From NCBI GenBank assembly GCA_964572145.1, contig CAZNES010000013.1, positions 6,529-70,528 on the forward strand: DNA of 64,000 nt. The letters are read 5' to 3'. Below are positions 48,228 through 57,979 of the stretch, piece after piece. The notes under the pieces are model-generated. The model saw only the letters and a program-made list of their open reading frames with translations. It ran no database searches and had not been told where the DNA came from. This stretch comes from an uncultured Syntrophobacteraceae bacterium (lineage in GTDB: Bacteria; Desulfobacterota; Binatia; UBA9968). Both the position numbers and the translations under genes were made by a program. How positions within the stretch are numbered: position 1 is the stretch's first letter; the number at the start of each line of letters is the position of its first letter.

Positions 48228-49178
48228 ATGGCCAACCCCAAGCTCCGCTTTTATTTCCGCGAGCCCACTATCGACACCAACATCCCGATAACCGACGGGG
48301 CGGTTAAAATCGACGGCTTCGACTTCGAGTTCGTTAGTTCAGAAGACCAGGCCGATGCCTGGGACTGCGGCTTCGCGGCGCGCATTCGCGCCTACGCGAC
48401 AGGTCTCCCGCACATTTCCATACCGGCCTTCTCGAACCGCAAATTTCGTTTATCCTACATCTTCATCAACAGCGAGGCCGGGATTGAGTCACCGCGAGAC
48501 TTGGAAGGCAGGCGCGTAGGTATCATGCAGTGGGACAACACCGCCGGCGTGTGGGCGCGGGGCGCGCTGCAGCATTACTACGGCGTCGATCTCACACGCA
48601 TCAACTGGCTCGCGGTACGCGTCAAAAGCGGGGGTGTAGCCGAGGGGATTCGCATCGAAAAACTCGACGGTCGCGGCGACGCGGACGCCGTGTTGGATGG
48701 ATTGTTGGTGGACGGGGCGCTCGACGCAGTCATCGGGCCCAACGTGCTGCCGTCGATTTCGAATCGGGACCCGCGGACGCGCCGTCTCTTCCGCGACTAC
48801 AGGACGGAGGAGCAGACCTATTTCAAAAAAACGGCCATTTTTCCCACGAGTCATATCGTCACACTGAAACAGGAGTTCGTCGAGCGACATCCGAGCCTGC
48901 CGGTGGCTCTGCTCCAGACCTTTCGCCGCTCGCGCGACGAAGCCTTCAACCGCATCGAGGGGCCCGATCCGCAGATCATCGTCTATTCATGGGCCGCGGC
49001 CGCGGTAAACGAGCAGCGCGAATTGATGGGCGAGAACTACTGGGCCTACAACATTGCGAACAACCGGCGCACGCTCGACGCGATCACGCAATTTGCGCAT
49101 GAGCAGGGATTGTCCCCGAGCCGGATCGATTACCAGAGCTTCTTCCATCCGGAGGCGGCCGCGCTCCCGGGGGTGTAG
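48228..49178 (+). CDS. 4,5-dihydroxyphthalate decarboxylase-like protein (PBP2 fold)
   Basis: PAFSNRKFR, PRDLEGRRVG, TAGVWARG, FPTSH, HEQGL; no signal peptide. Confidence 0.8.
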   Translation: MANPKLRFYFREPTIDTNIPITDGAVKIDGFDFEFVSSEDQADAWDCGFAARIRAYATGLPHISIPAFSNRKFRLSYIFINSEAGIESPRDLEGRRVGIMQWDNTAGVWARGALQHYYGVDLTRINWLAVRVKSGGVAEGIRIEKLDGRGDADAVLDGLLVDGALDAVIGPNVLPSISNRDPRTRRLFRDYRTEEQTYFKKTAIFPTSHIVTLKQEFVERHPSLPVALLQTFRRSRDEAFNRIEGPDPQIIVYSWAAAAVNEQRELMGENYWAYNIANNRRTLDAITQFAHEQGLSPSRIDYQSFFHPEAAALPGV

Positions 49179-49199
49179 CTCCCGGCCCCGCTCAGTCCA

Positions 49200-50441
49200 G
49201 TGCAGGATTCGACTCAGAAGACGGATCACACGATGCGGTCGACCATAAATGTCGCCGAGGAGCGAGCTGCTCGCGCAACTACAGAAGAGAGCGCCCGCAA
49301 GGCCAAGGCCGCTATGCGGCTCGAGGGGCTGTGGAAGACCTATCCCGGAAGCGCGCGGCCGGCGGTCCAAGGCCTCTCTCTGGATGTGTGCGACGGGGAG
49401 ATCGTGACGTTGTTAGGTCCGAGCGGCTGCGGCAAGACCACCACTTTGCGCATGGTCGCCGGCCTGGAGACGCCCGACGCCGGCGACATTTTCTTTGGCG
49501 AACGCGCCGTTGTTATGACCTCGCGCCGATTGTTCCTCCCACCCGACAAGCGCAACGTGGGTATGGTGTTCCAGTCTTACGCCATCTGGCCGCACATGAC
49601 AGTGGCAGAGAACGTCGCCTTCCCGCTCAAGGCCCACAGGTTTCCACGGCGGGAAATCAAGGAGCGTGTGCAGCGCGCGCTGGAGCTGGTCGGCATGGCC
49701 GGATATGAGGACCGGCCCGGGCCTCTGCTCAGCGGCGGACAGCAGCAGCGCGTGGCGTTCGCGCGGGCGCTGGCGACCGAGCCTCGGGTCTTGCTGCTGG
49801 ATGAGCCGTTCAGCAACCTGGATGCCAAGCTGCGCGAGCATATGCGGATTGAGGTGAAGCTTTTGCAAAAGCGGCTGAACATCGCGGTGCTGTTCGTCAC
49901 GCACGATCAGATCGAGGCGCTGAGCCTCTCGAATCGCATCGCGCTGATGAACTTCGGCGTCGTGCAGCAACAAGGCAGCCCGCGGTTGCTGTACGAAAAA
50001 CCGATCAACGAATTCGTGCGCGACTTCGTCGGCAGGACGTTGTTGTTCAAGGGCAAAGTCGAGACCAGCAACCCCTCCGGGCAGATGGCCATCGCGCTCG
50101 AAGGCGCGCCGGACTGCGTCGTTTTTGGGCGCACCTACAACCCGGGCGGGATCAAAAACGGCGACTCGGTTTATATCGCGGTCCGGCCCGAGGATGTGCA
50201 AATCCTTCCGGCTCTGGGGTCTCAGGTGCCGTCAGGAATGATCGGCGGCACGGCGCAGGCGGCGCTGTTCATCGGAGAACGAATCGAATACCAGGTTGAG
50301 GTCGATGGACAAGGAGTTATCGTGATTTATGGAGAGCGCCGCAGTCCCGTGGAGGAAGGCAGCAAAGTCTGGCTAAAGCCGCAGCCCGACGGTCATAGCG
50401 CCTGGGCGTCCGACTGGTCGCATGGGGAAGAGGGCGGCTAG
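49200..50441 (+). CDS. ABC transporter ATP-binding protein (FbpC/PotA family)
   Basis: GPSGCGKT, LSGGQQQRVA, LLLDEP, VTHDQ; start uncertain. Confidence 0.93.
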   Translation: MQDSTQKTDHTMRSTINVAEERAARATTEESARKAKAAMRLEGLWKTYPGSARPAVQGLSLDVCDGEIVTLLGPSGCGKTTTLRMVAGLETPDAGDIFFGERAVVMTSRRLFLPPDKRNVGMVFQSYAIWPHMTVAENVAFPLKAHRFPRREIKERVQRALELVGMAGYEDRPGPLLSGGQQQRVAFARALATEPRVLLLDEPFSNLDAKLREHMRIEVKLLQKRLNIAVLFVTHDQIEALSLSNRIALMNFGVVQQQGSPRLLYEKPINEFVRDFVGRTLLFKGKVETSNPSGQMAIALEGAPDCVVFGRTYNPGGIKNGDSVYIAVRPEDVQILPALGSQVPSGMIGGTAQAALFIGERIEYQVEVDGQGVIVIYGERRSPVEEGSKVWLKPQPDGHSAWASDWSHGEEGG

Positions 50442-50457
50442 CAAGGAGGAATCCGGC

Positions 50458-51612
50458 ATGATCGCAGGAATTTTACTGGCGACTTTAGGAATATCTTTTT
50501 TTCTCTCGCCCGCGGCCTACGGCGCTTCACCGACGACGCAAGCAAACTTCGAAGAGGAATGGTCTAAGCTCATCGCCGCTGCGAAGCAAGAGGGAACCGT
50601 TGCAGTTGCTTCCGGCGGCGCGCCTTCGCGCCAGTATCGGCCCGTGGTCGATGTCTTCCAGAAAAAGTTCGGGGTAAAAGTCGAGGTCTCCACGGGCAGT
50701 GCGACCGACACCGTAAACCGGGTGCTGGCGGAGCGGAAGGCCGGGAAATATACGATGGACGTCGCTTTGATCAGTTCCCGTGAGAGCCAACAGAGACTGG
50801 TTCCCTCGCAATCGCTGGTGCCGTTCGCTCCCTTGCTCATCCATCCCGACGTGCTGGATAAATCCGCCTGGCACCTCGGGCGACATTGGTACGCCGACAA
50901 ATCATCGAGCTATGTCTTCATCTACCACGTGTCCAAGGAGGATCAGTATGAATCCTGGTACAACACCGACAAGATCAAGGAAGCGGAAATAGCGACGATC
51001 AAAAAGCAGACGGATTTCTTCGGCCCGCGCTGGAAAGGCAAGATCGCGGCCCAAGGGATGGGCGACCCGTCCGGATTGCGCCAGATGATCGACAGCTACT
51101 TCGAGCCCGACCGGGGGCAGGAATGGGTGCGGACTTATCTTCTCGACGCGGGAATTACGTTCACGGATGATCGGCGGATCTTGGAGACGTGGCTCACGGG
51201 AGGAAGATTTCCGCTCCAGGCCGTCGCCACCGGCAGCGAGGACCTGATCACGCTGGCGCAAAAAGGACTGCCCATCAAGCAGATATTTTTTCCCAAGCTA
51301 GCCGGCGTGATCCGGGCCGGCGGCTCCGGCTGCTGCATTTCGGCGTTTGCCAACGCGCCGCATCCGAACGCGGCAAAGCTCTTCGCGAACTGGTTCCTAT
51401 CGAAGGAGGGGCAGACGCTGACGCACACCCTGGTCCCGAACATCGACCGGTCATCGCTGCGCAATGACGTTCCGTTCGGCGAGGTGGTGCCGGAACAGCG
51501 GCGCGCTCCGGGCGTGGAATACGCGTTCCCGGACGCCGACCCCAAATTCGGCGCGCGCCAGGAAGAGGCGCAAAAATGGATTTTGAAGCTGTGGGAGTCG
51601 CGGCAGCGGTAA
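50458..51612 (+). CDS. ABC substrate-binding protein (Fe3+/AfuA-like)
   Basis: Signal peptide, AAKQEG, APHPNAAKLFANWFLSKEGQ. Confidence 0.88.
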   Translation: MIAGILLATLGISFFLSPAAYGASPTTQANFEEEWSKLIAAAKQEGTVAVASGGAPSRQYRPVVDVFQKKFGVKVEVSTGSATDTVNRVLAERKAGKYTMDVALISSRESQQRLVPSQSLVPFAPLLIHPDVLDKSAWHLGRHWYADKSSSYVFIYHVSKEDQYESWYNTDKIKEAEIATIKKQTDFFGPRWKGKIAAQGMGDPSGLRQMIDSYFEPDRGQEWVRTYLLDAGITFTDDRRILETWLTGGRFPLQAVATGSEDLITLAQKGLPIKQIFFPKLAGVIRAGGSGCCISAFANAPHPNAAKLFANWFLSKEGQTLTHTLVPNIDRSSLRNDVPFGEVVPEQRRAPGVEYAFPDADPKFGARQEEAQKWILKLWESRQR

Positions 51613-51620
51613 TCATGATT

Positions 51621-51677
51621 CGTGTTCGCGGTTCGTGTTCGTAAGCGAGCACGATCACGTGTCACGGGCACGAACGT
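51621..51677. repeat. Hexamer tandem-repeat inverted element
   Basis: CGTGTT/CGCGGT units followed by GAGCAC/GATCAC/GGGCAC; same family as 20828. Confidence 0.6.
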
Positions 51678-51682
51678 AAGTT

Positions 51683-53485
51683 ATGGAAGAGTCGCCTGCT
51701 ATAGAACAGTTCCCCATCGTCAGGCCCGTCGCGCTAGCGCGCCCCAGCGCCGGCCATTTCATCATGGCGGTCTTGCTGCTGTCGCTCGGCTACTTTCTCA
51801 TCTGGCCGATCCTGCTTCTGCTCATCAACAGCTTCAACGCGGCGACCGACTGGTTTGTCGAGCCTCGGACCTGGGGGCTGCGCCACTGGCAGAGCGCGTT
51901 CCTGCGGCCGGGTCTGCTGCGCTCCCTGGGCAACTCGCTCCTCGTCTGGTCATTGACCGTGGCCGGGAGCTTCCCCATCGGAGTCGCTATCGCCTGGATG
52001 CTGGCGCGCACCAAAATTCCGTTCAGTCATACCCTGGAGTTCATGTTCTGGATCTCTTACATGGTGCCCGCTCTACCCACCACCATCGCATGGATCACGC
52101 TGCTGGACCCGGACCTCGGATTGATCAACGTCGCGCTAAAAAAGTTTTTCCTCCTCGATCAGGGCCCTTTCAACATCTTCAGCGTTCCGGGGATCGTCTG
52201 GGCGAACCTGATGGGGCACGGCATCGCGCTCAAAGTAATGCTGCTGACGCCGGCCTTCCGCAACATGGACGCCGCTCTGGAAGAGGCCGCGCGGGTCGGC
52301 GGAGCGAGCACCTTGAGGACGCTGTTCAAAGTCACGCTTCCGCTGATGATCTCGCCGATGATTCTCGTCATCGCTCTTCAGCTCCTGCGCGTATTCCAGT
52401 CTTTCGAGACCGAGTACCTGCTGGGAGTGCCGTTCGGCTTCTATGTCTACTCGACGAAGATTTTTGCGTTGATACGGGACCCGATTCCAAACTATGGCGA
52501 GGCGACCGTGCTGGCGAGCATTACGCTGCTGATGATCGCGCTCATCATTCCCCTGCAGCGCTGGATTCTGGAGCGCCGCCGCTACACGACCATCACCGGC
52601 AGCTTCCGGCCCGGCCTCATCGATCTCGGAAGGTGGAACTACGTCGCCTTCGGCCTGATCGCGTTTCTTCTGGCGCTGCTGACGGTTGGACCGCTGCTCA
52701 CGCTTGTGCTCGGCAGTTTTATGACCAGAATCGGCTACTTCATGCTCGGCTTCACGTTGGATCACTGGAAGTTCGTGTTGAATGATCCCGTTTTCCTGAA
52801 GGCGCTGCGCACCACGCTGGTTCTCGCCGCCACCGCCGCCATTGTCAGCCCGCTGCTGTTCTCAGTCATCGCTTATATTCTGGTGCGCACGCGCTTGCCG
52901 GGCCGAGGCGCGCTCGACCTGATGGTCTGGTGTTCCGGCGCCGTTCCCGGCATCCTCGCCGGACTCGGGCTCCTGTGGCTGTTCGTCGGCACGCCGGCGC
53001 TCAACTTTCTTTTCGGCACCATATGGGCGCTGATTATCGTCGTCGTCCTCCAGGGAAAAACAACGGGAGTGAACATTATGAAAGGCGTGCTCGTCCAGGT
53101 CGGCGCGGACATGGAGGAAGCCGCGCGCGTGTCCGGCGCCGGGTGGCTCAGGACTTATTTTTGTATTTGGCTGCCGCTGCTGATGCCCACTATGATGCTC
53201 CTGGCGGTCCTGAGCTTCGTCAGCGCCGCCGGCGCGACGAGCAGCATTATCTTGCTTGCCTCGCGCGACACCATGACGCTGTCGCTCATGGCCCTCGAGC
53301 TGTCGTCGATCGCCGTCAGCAATCGCGAGGCGGCGAGCATCATCAGCATCTTCATCATTGCCTTTACCGTGGCGGGAGCTCTGATCGTGAGATACTTTGG
53401 CCGGCGCCTGGGCGTGCGGCATGACATGCACGTCGGCCCGGCTCAGCTCGCAAGCGCCCCGCAGCCCGCCGCCGGTCGAAGGTAA
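51683..53485 (+). CDS. ABC permease (FbpB-like, two domains)
   Basis: About 12 TM segments; two EAA loops (LEEAARVGGA, MEEAARVSGA). Confidence 0.93.
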   Translation: MEESPAIEQFPIVRPVALARPSAGHFIMAVLLLSLGYFLIWPILLLLINSFNAATDWFVEPRTWGLRHWQSAFLRPGLLRSLGNSLLVWSLTVAGSFPIGVAIAWMLARTKIPFSHTLEFMFWISYMVPALPTTIAWITLLDPDLGLINVALKKFFLLDQGPFNIFSVPGIVWANLMGHGIALKVMLLTPAFRNMDAALEEAARVGGASTLRTLFKVTLPLMISPMILVIALQLLRVFQSFETEYLLGVPFGFYVYSTKIFALIRDPIPNYGEATVLASITLLMIALIIPLQRWILERRRYTTITGSFRPGLIDLGRWNYVAFGLIAFLLALLTVGPLLTLVLGSFMTRIGYFMLGFTLDHWKFVLNDPVFLKALRTTLVLAATAAIVSPLLFSVIAYILVRTRLPGRGALDLMVWCSGAVPGILAGLGLLWLFVGTPALNFLFGTIWALIIVVVLQGKTTGVNIMKGVLVQVGADMEEAARVSGAGWLRTYFCIWLPLLMPTMMLLAVLSFVSAAGATSSIILLASRDTMTLSLMALELSSIAVSNREAASIISIFIIAFTVAGALIVRYFGRRLGVRHDMHVGPAQLASAPQPAAGRR

Positions 53486-53494
53486 ACTCGCGTC

Positions 53495-54481
53495 TTAGAT
53501 GAAAGCTTCGCGCACGAAGAGGCTCTCCAGCGGCAGCTCCTGTTTCATCAGTCCCTGTTCGATCTGGTAGCGGTTCAGCGCGCGCATTGTTCTCTTCTCC
53601 GTCTCTCCTAGAACGTAAGCGTAGGGGTCCTCTCCCAGGACCTCACGCTCCTTCGCGTATCCGGCGGCCTGTTCGGGGGTAAAATATTTGGTCGCCAGCT
53701 TGGCCGACTCCCGAAAAGCTTCGATCAAATTCGCCGGAAGATCGGGATATTTCTCCGCCGTTTCCTGTTTCATCGTCATCAGATGAATGATCGGATAGAT
53801 TCTTGTGCGCTTCACCCACCGGACGATCTCTTCCGCGTCTTCGAAGAGCGGCTTCACGCCGGGAAATTTCCCCATCTCGTTTGGAACGGACCCGCCGCCG
53901 AAAAGCCCTAGGTAGCCGGAGTCTCCGGGAACCAGCGCGGCGCCGAGAATTCCCTTGCTGACCAACTCCGCGAGCTGAGCTTTCTCCTGCCCGAAAGGCG
54001 GCGGGGGATCGAGCCTTTCGACTTTCACGGGCAACTCGTTGCCGATGAAAACCTCGCGTCCCGAGACGAACCAGCCCACGTCGGTCGTTTTAATGTTGTA
54101 TTCGTCGAGCAGGAATCCGCGCGCCCAAGCGACGGCGGTCGCGCCGTAGCGGAACGCGCCGACCTTCTTCCCTTTCAGTTCGCTCGGATGCTTCAGTTTG
54201 CCTTCGCAGTAGAAAATATTCCGCTGGCGCGGCCCGCGCTGGAAAAAGACCGGCAGAGCGACGAAGCGTTTGCCCTTCTCCTTTGCCCGCATAAACGTGG
54301 CCGTGGACATCTCGCAGAGGTCATATTCGCCTTGAACGAAACGGTAGTGAAACTCGCCGGGCGAATACTTGCCGATGTGCTCGATCTCATAGCCGTCGAT
54401 CCGAACCAAGCCGTCAACGAGCGCTTGATTCCGCGGCTCGGCCGGAGAGCCGAATGTGATGCGTGGTTTCTGTTGTGCCAT
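53495..54481 (-). CDS. Second 4,5-dihydroxyphthalate decarboxylase-like protein
   Basis: YDLCEMS, LPVF, ELKGKKVG, TAVAWARG, YPIIH, EQGL. Confidence 0.8.
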   Translation of the reverse strand: MAQQKPRITFGSPAEPRNQALVDGLVRIDGYEIEHIGKYSPGEFHYRFVQGEYDLCEMSTATFMRAKEKGKRFVALPVFFQRGPRQRNIFYCEGKLKHPSELKGKKVGAFRYGATAVAWARGFLLDEYNIKTTDVGWFVSGREVFIGNELPVKVERLDPPPPFGQEKAQLAELVSKGILGAALVPGDSGYLGLFGGGSVPNEMGKFPGVKPLFEDAEEIVRWVKRTRIYPIIHLMTMKQETAEKYPDLPANLIEAFRESAKLATKYFTPEQAAGYAKEREVLGEDPYAYVLGETEKRTMRALNRYQIEQGLMKQELPLESLFVREAFI

Positions 54482-54598
54482 GGGTAAAACCTCCGAAGAC
54501 GATATCGAGGAACAGCCATGTTAAGGGGGCTTCCGTTCAGAGATCGGACGTGAGACGAGTTGCCTCGCGGAACGCAGGCTGGGTCTATGGGTTCGGGG

Positions 54599-54811
54599 TT
54601 ATTTGCCGGTCGCCAACTCGGCCTCGAACGGTCGTTCCTTGCGAAAACGGCTGACGCCCAGGATGCTGAACCCAACGACATGCCCGTGCTCGTCCACACG
54701 CTCCATGAGAGCGTCATGTGCCGTCTCGCGCATATATCCGGGCGCGTCGCTGAACTGCACCTCCAGGAAATCTCCCTCAGGGTCGAACCAGACCTTTACT
54801 TTTTCGGCCAT
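54599..54811 (-). CDS. DUF2283-family small protein (putative antitoxin)
   Basis: VKVWFDPEGDFLEV...VDEHGHVVGFSILG pattern. Confidence 0.8.
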   Translation of the reverse strand: MAEKVKVWFDPEGDFLEVQFSDAPGYMRETAHDALMERVDEHGHVVGFSILGVSRFRKERPFEAELATGK

Positions 54812-55107
54812 ACGGTTTCTCCTGCTTTTATCGTGTCGGTTAAGTACGCCGTGACCACGAAAGCATCGTCAGGCAGGTACTTTACCACGAGGCACAGCCA
54901 TTTCCCACCAACGCGCGTTTCCGCGCAGAACTCGTAGAAGAGCTTCACGTTCTCATCAGAGCGCGACACGTGCACCTCCGCAGGCGCTTGCAGCGCCCGC
55001 TCGATCTCGTTTCCCATTCCGGCCATCTCCTCGTGCTCCAAGATATGCGCGAGTCGCTCATCGGTAAGCCGAACGTCCCGGCCGAAACAGTCGCGGATGA
55101 GTTTCAT
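54796..55107 (-). CDS. Putative BECR/RelE-like ribonuclease toxin (PBECR2/DUF4258-like)
   Basis: VRLTDERLAHILEHEEM...LVVKY...FVVTAY; overlaps the DUF2283 start. Confidence 0.7.
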   Translation of the reverse strand: MKLIRDCFGRDVRLTDERLAHILEHEEMAGMGNEIERALQAPAEVHVSRSDENVKLFYEFCAETRVGGKWLCLVVKYLPDDAFVVTAYLTDTIKAGETVWPKK

Positions 55108-55354
55108 ACGGAATATGTGGCGTGTAACGCGGCGAGGTGGAAGTTGTCAAGCCCCTCGAAGCCCGCGGCCAAATCCGTTGTGTGCGCCTTTCGAATTCTG
55201 CCGGCGAGTGTTTGCGGAAAGGGCGCTATGCAGTAGACGACTGGAATATCGGTTTAAAACGCTGAGTTGTATGTTCGTCTCTCGGAACATTTTGCCTTGA
55301 TTTGTGTCAGTTGCCGGTTTACAAGAGCCAAATAGATTGGGAGGAGCGAGACGT

Positions 55355-57112
55355 ATGGCTAACAAAATCACAGCAAATCCTATCGCCGAACTCAAAGATT
55401 TAGTTACCGAGCTTCAACACGCGGAAGGTATCCAACCTGACGAGGCTTTTGTCTTGTGGTTCGTGAGGAGCCATCTCGTTGAAAACGAGAGTGAGTCGCG
55501 AAATTGCCTTACGCGGCGCGGAAACGAAAAGGGCGTCGATGCAATTTATTTTGATCACGCGGCAAGGCAGGTAAGTATCATCCAGGGAAAATACCGGACG
55601 AAGAACGTCGGTAAGCCTGAAGCAATTCAGGACGTTCTCCTCCTTGCGTCATTCGGACGTCTTTTAACCCAGGATGAAGACAAATTAACCAAATTCGCTG
55701 AAAGCACTGACGTTTCGGTTCGCGGAAAACTAAAGGAAGCCCGACGACTCGTCCGCAATAAAGGGTACGTTCTCAATCTATATTTTGTAACCACAGGATC
55801 AATATCGCGCGCTATTGTCCGGGATGCCGAGGATATAGCCTGTGTCAATAACCAGGTCAGGTTTTTTCCGCTACACGGGCGAGAAATTCAAAGAATCATC
55901 GATGATTATATCTCCGATGCCGCCCCCGGTGTTCCTTCGCTTGAGCTCGACATCGAGGGTGGAACTATTCTTAGTCGCCGCGACGATCAAAATGACATAG
56001 ACTCTTACGTTTTTACGATGAACGGTAAGAATATAGGCGATCTCCTAAAAGCTACTGGTCGGCGACTTTTCGCGCGAAATATTCGCGGCTTTCTCGGTAA
56101 GGGGTCCGAGGTCAATCGCTCCATTGCGGATACGTTAAGGGAAAAACCTCACAATTTTTGGTATTTTAACAACGGCGTCACCGTCATCTGCGACAAAGCT
56201 AGGGAGAGTGGAACTGCTAGACGTAAGCGCCTTCAAGTTACGAATCCGCAAATAATCAACGGGCAACAGACCTCAAATATGTTGAGCCTCTATGGGAATA
56301 GAGAGGCTGAATTGTTAGTGAAGGTGATTGCAATTCCCCGGCAGCAAGAAGTGGACTTTGACAGATTTAGTGATTTGGTCAGTGAAATTGTCGCCGCGAC
56401 GAATTGGCAGAACGTAATCCGCCCTTCTGACCTAAAATCTAATGACCCTGAGCAAATTCGTATTGAACGAGAGCTGCGAAAGCTAGGAATCCTTTACATC
56501 CGGAAACGTGCCGCAAAAGGCGAGGCAAGGGCGGCGGCAGTTATCAGACCTCGTTACCTCGTAAAAAAAGAAGAGCTTGCCCAGGCAACTGCAGCAACCG
56601 AACTGGACCCGTTCTATGTGCGTTCAGGAAAAGAAACTCTTTTCGAAGCAGACGTGTATCCGAAAATATTTTCGCCTGGTCGTGATGTGTCAGAGTATTT
56701 AGCAGCGTATCATTTGAGCGCGGTTTGCCGATACGAGGCAAGAGGAGACAATGTTAAGGGCCGCGGACGATGGCTTGCTGCAAACTATCTGTGGACTCAG
56801 TTAGGAAATGTCTTGAGTCGCCGAGCGTTCCGGAAGAAGTTTGTCTTTGCCCATGAACGCTACTCGCAGCATACAAGAGAGCTGAACCCCTTATATCGCG
56901 CCGCAAGGATCGTTTTGAGGGGTATTCGACGATATTATTTCACACATCGGCAGACCAACGACGGCTATCTGGATGAAGCATCCTTCTTCGGCTATCGTCG
57001 CCGACATCTAGAATTTGAGAGGTTTTTTCGCTCGCGATCAAAAGGGCTAAGGGCGGCAACCAAGGAGCAACTAAGCAAGTTCTCTAAACAAATCGATTCG
57101 CTTGAAATATGA
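55355..57112 (+). CDS. AIPR-family protein with N-terminal Mrr-like nuclease domain
   Basis: GVDAIYF...IIQGKY; LFARNIRGFLG, FWYFNNGVT, QIINGQQT, ATNWQN; visibly AT-richer than flanks. Confidence 0.92.
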   Translation: MANKITANPIAELKDLVTELQHAEGIQPDEAFVLWFVRSHLVENESESRNCLTRRGNEKGVDAIYFDHAARQVSIIQGKYRTKNVGKPEAIQDVLLLASFGRLLTQDEDKLTKFAESTDVSVRGKLKEARRLVRNKGYVLNLYFVTTGSISRAIVRDAEDIACVNNQVRFFPLHGREIQRIIDDYISDAAPGVPSLELDIEGGTILSRRDDQNDIDSYVFTMNGKNIGDLLKATGRRLFARNIRGFLGKGSEVNRSIADTLREKPHNFWYFNNGVTVICDKARESGTARRKRLQVTNPQIINGQQTSNMLSLYGNREAELLVKVIAIPRQQEVDFDRFSDLVSEIVAATNWQNVIRPSDLKSNDPEQIRIERELRKLGILYIRKRAAKGEARAAAVIRPRYLVKKEELAQATAATELDPFYVRSGKETLFEADVYPKIFSPGRDVSEYLAAYHLSAVCRYEARGDNVKGRGRWLAANYLWTQLGNVLSRRAFRKKFVFAHERYSQHTRELNPLYRAARIVLRGIRRYYFTHRQTNDGYLDEASFFGYRRRHLEFERFFRSRSKGLRAATKEQLSKFSKQIDSLEI

Positions 57113-57141
57113 CCAAAGCGCCACCACGTGAACCGAGCAAG

Positions 57142-57286
57142 CTATTCGTCACCCCACCACTTCAGCAGCTTCAATTTATGCTTGGCGCTCTTGCCGATCT
57201 TCGTCCGTGGGACGCGGTTGGGAGGTGTTCTAACAAATTTTTTCCCAGGCTGCGCTCTTCTCCGGAACGCTCGGCGAAGCTGAAGC
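57142..57286 (-). pseudogene. Degenerate duplicate of the 3' end of the HEAT-repeat gene
   Basis: FSFAERSGEERSLGKNLLEHL/(frameshift)NRVPRTKIGKSAKHKLKLLK versus FTFAERPGAERDLGKGLLEHVAVKVPRTKIGKSAKNKLKLLK at 57987-58113. Confidence 0.85.
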
Positions 57287-57340
57287 GAAGAGGTGGAAGA
57301 GAACGCGCTGATCGTGTAGGATTGGCCGCAGGAGAAACTC

Positions 57341-57538
57341 ATGGAAGCCAAAGAGACCGTGCGAGCCCTCCTGGATCGGCTCCCGGACAATTGCAGCCTC
57401 GATGAAGTTTTGTACCACCTCTACGTGCTGCACGAAGTCGCCAAGGGCCGTGCCGACGCCGAAGCTGGTCGAACAATGACGCATGCGGCAGTGGCGGAAC
57501 AGCTTCGCAGGAAATGGCAACGCGGCGTCGAGAAGTAA
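57341..57538 (+). CDS. Putative antitoxin
   Basis: 65 aa, LLDRLPD...LYV...GRADAEAGR...H pattern; SD AGGAG; overlaps the toxin. Confidence 0.8.
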   Translation: MEAKETVRALLDRLPDNCSLDEVLYHLYVLHEVAKGRADAEAGRTMTHAAVAEQLRRKWQRGVEK

Positions 57539-57825
57539 TCTGGACGCAACGGGCGCGCGATGCTCTCGACGAAGCGGCGGCGTATGTCGCACAGGATTCC
57601 CTTGAGACAGCACTGGACCTTATCGAACGTGCGTTGGATGCGGCCGAATCGCTGGGAACCTTAAGTGAACGGGGCCGTCTAGTACCCGAGCTCGATGATT
57701 TCACAGTGCGTGAGATTTTCGTGTATAACTACCGGCTTTTGTATCACGTCGCCGCCTCCCGTGTAACCGTGCTCGGTTTTATTCACGGAGCGCGCGATTT
57801 TAACCGCTGGTGGCGTGGCGAATGA
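57514..57825 (+). CDS. RelE/ParE-family toxin
   Basis: VIWTQRARDAL, GRLVPE, REIFVYNYRLLY, IHGAR. Confidence 0.9.
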   Translation: MATRRREVIWTQRARDALDEAAAYVAQDSLETALDLIERALDAAESLGTLSERGRLVPELDDFTVREIFVYNYRLLYHVAASRVTVLGFIHGARDFNRWWRGE

Positions 57826-57979
57826 ATGAAAAAGACTGGGAGAGCTGGGATAGGGAGATCGAGGCTGACTCGGAAGCGGGACGGCTTGATTTCCTTGTGC
57901 GTGAAGCGATGGACGAGAAAGCCAAGCAACCCTCTCGACGATCTCTAAATCTCCCCCTCAGATCATCCCGCGGTGATCA

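Noticed and set aside
57837-57960. Possible further GGGAGA/TCTCCC repeat element after the RelE/ParE toxin
   Set aside because: Too degenerate to define a unit with confidence.
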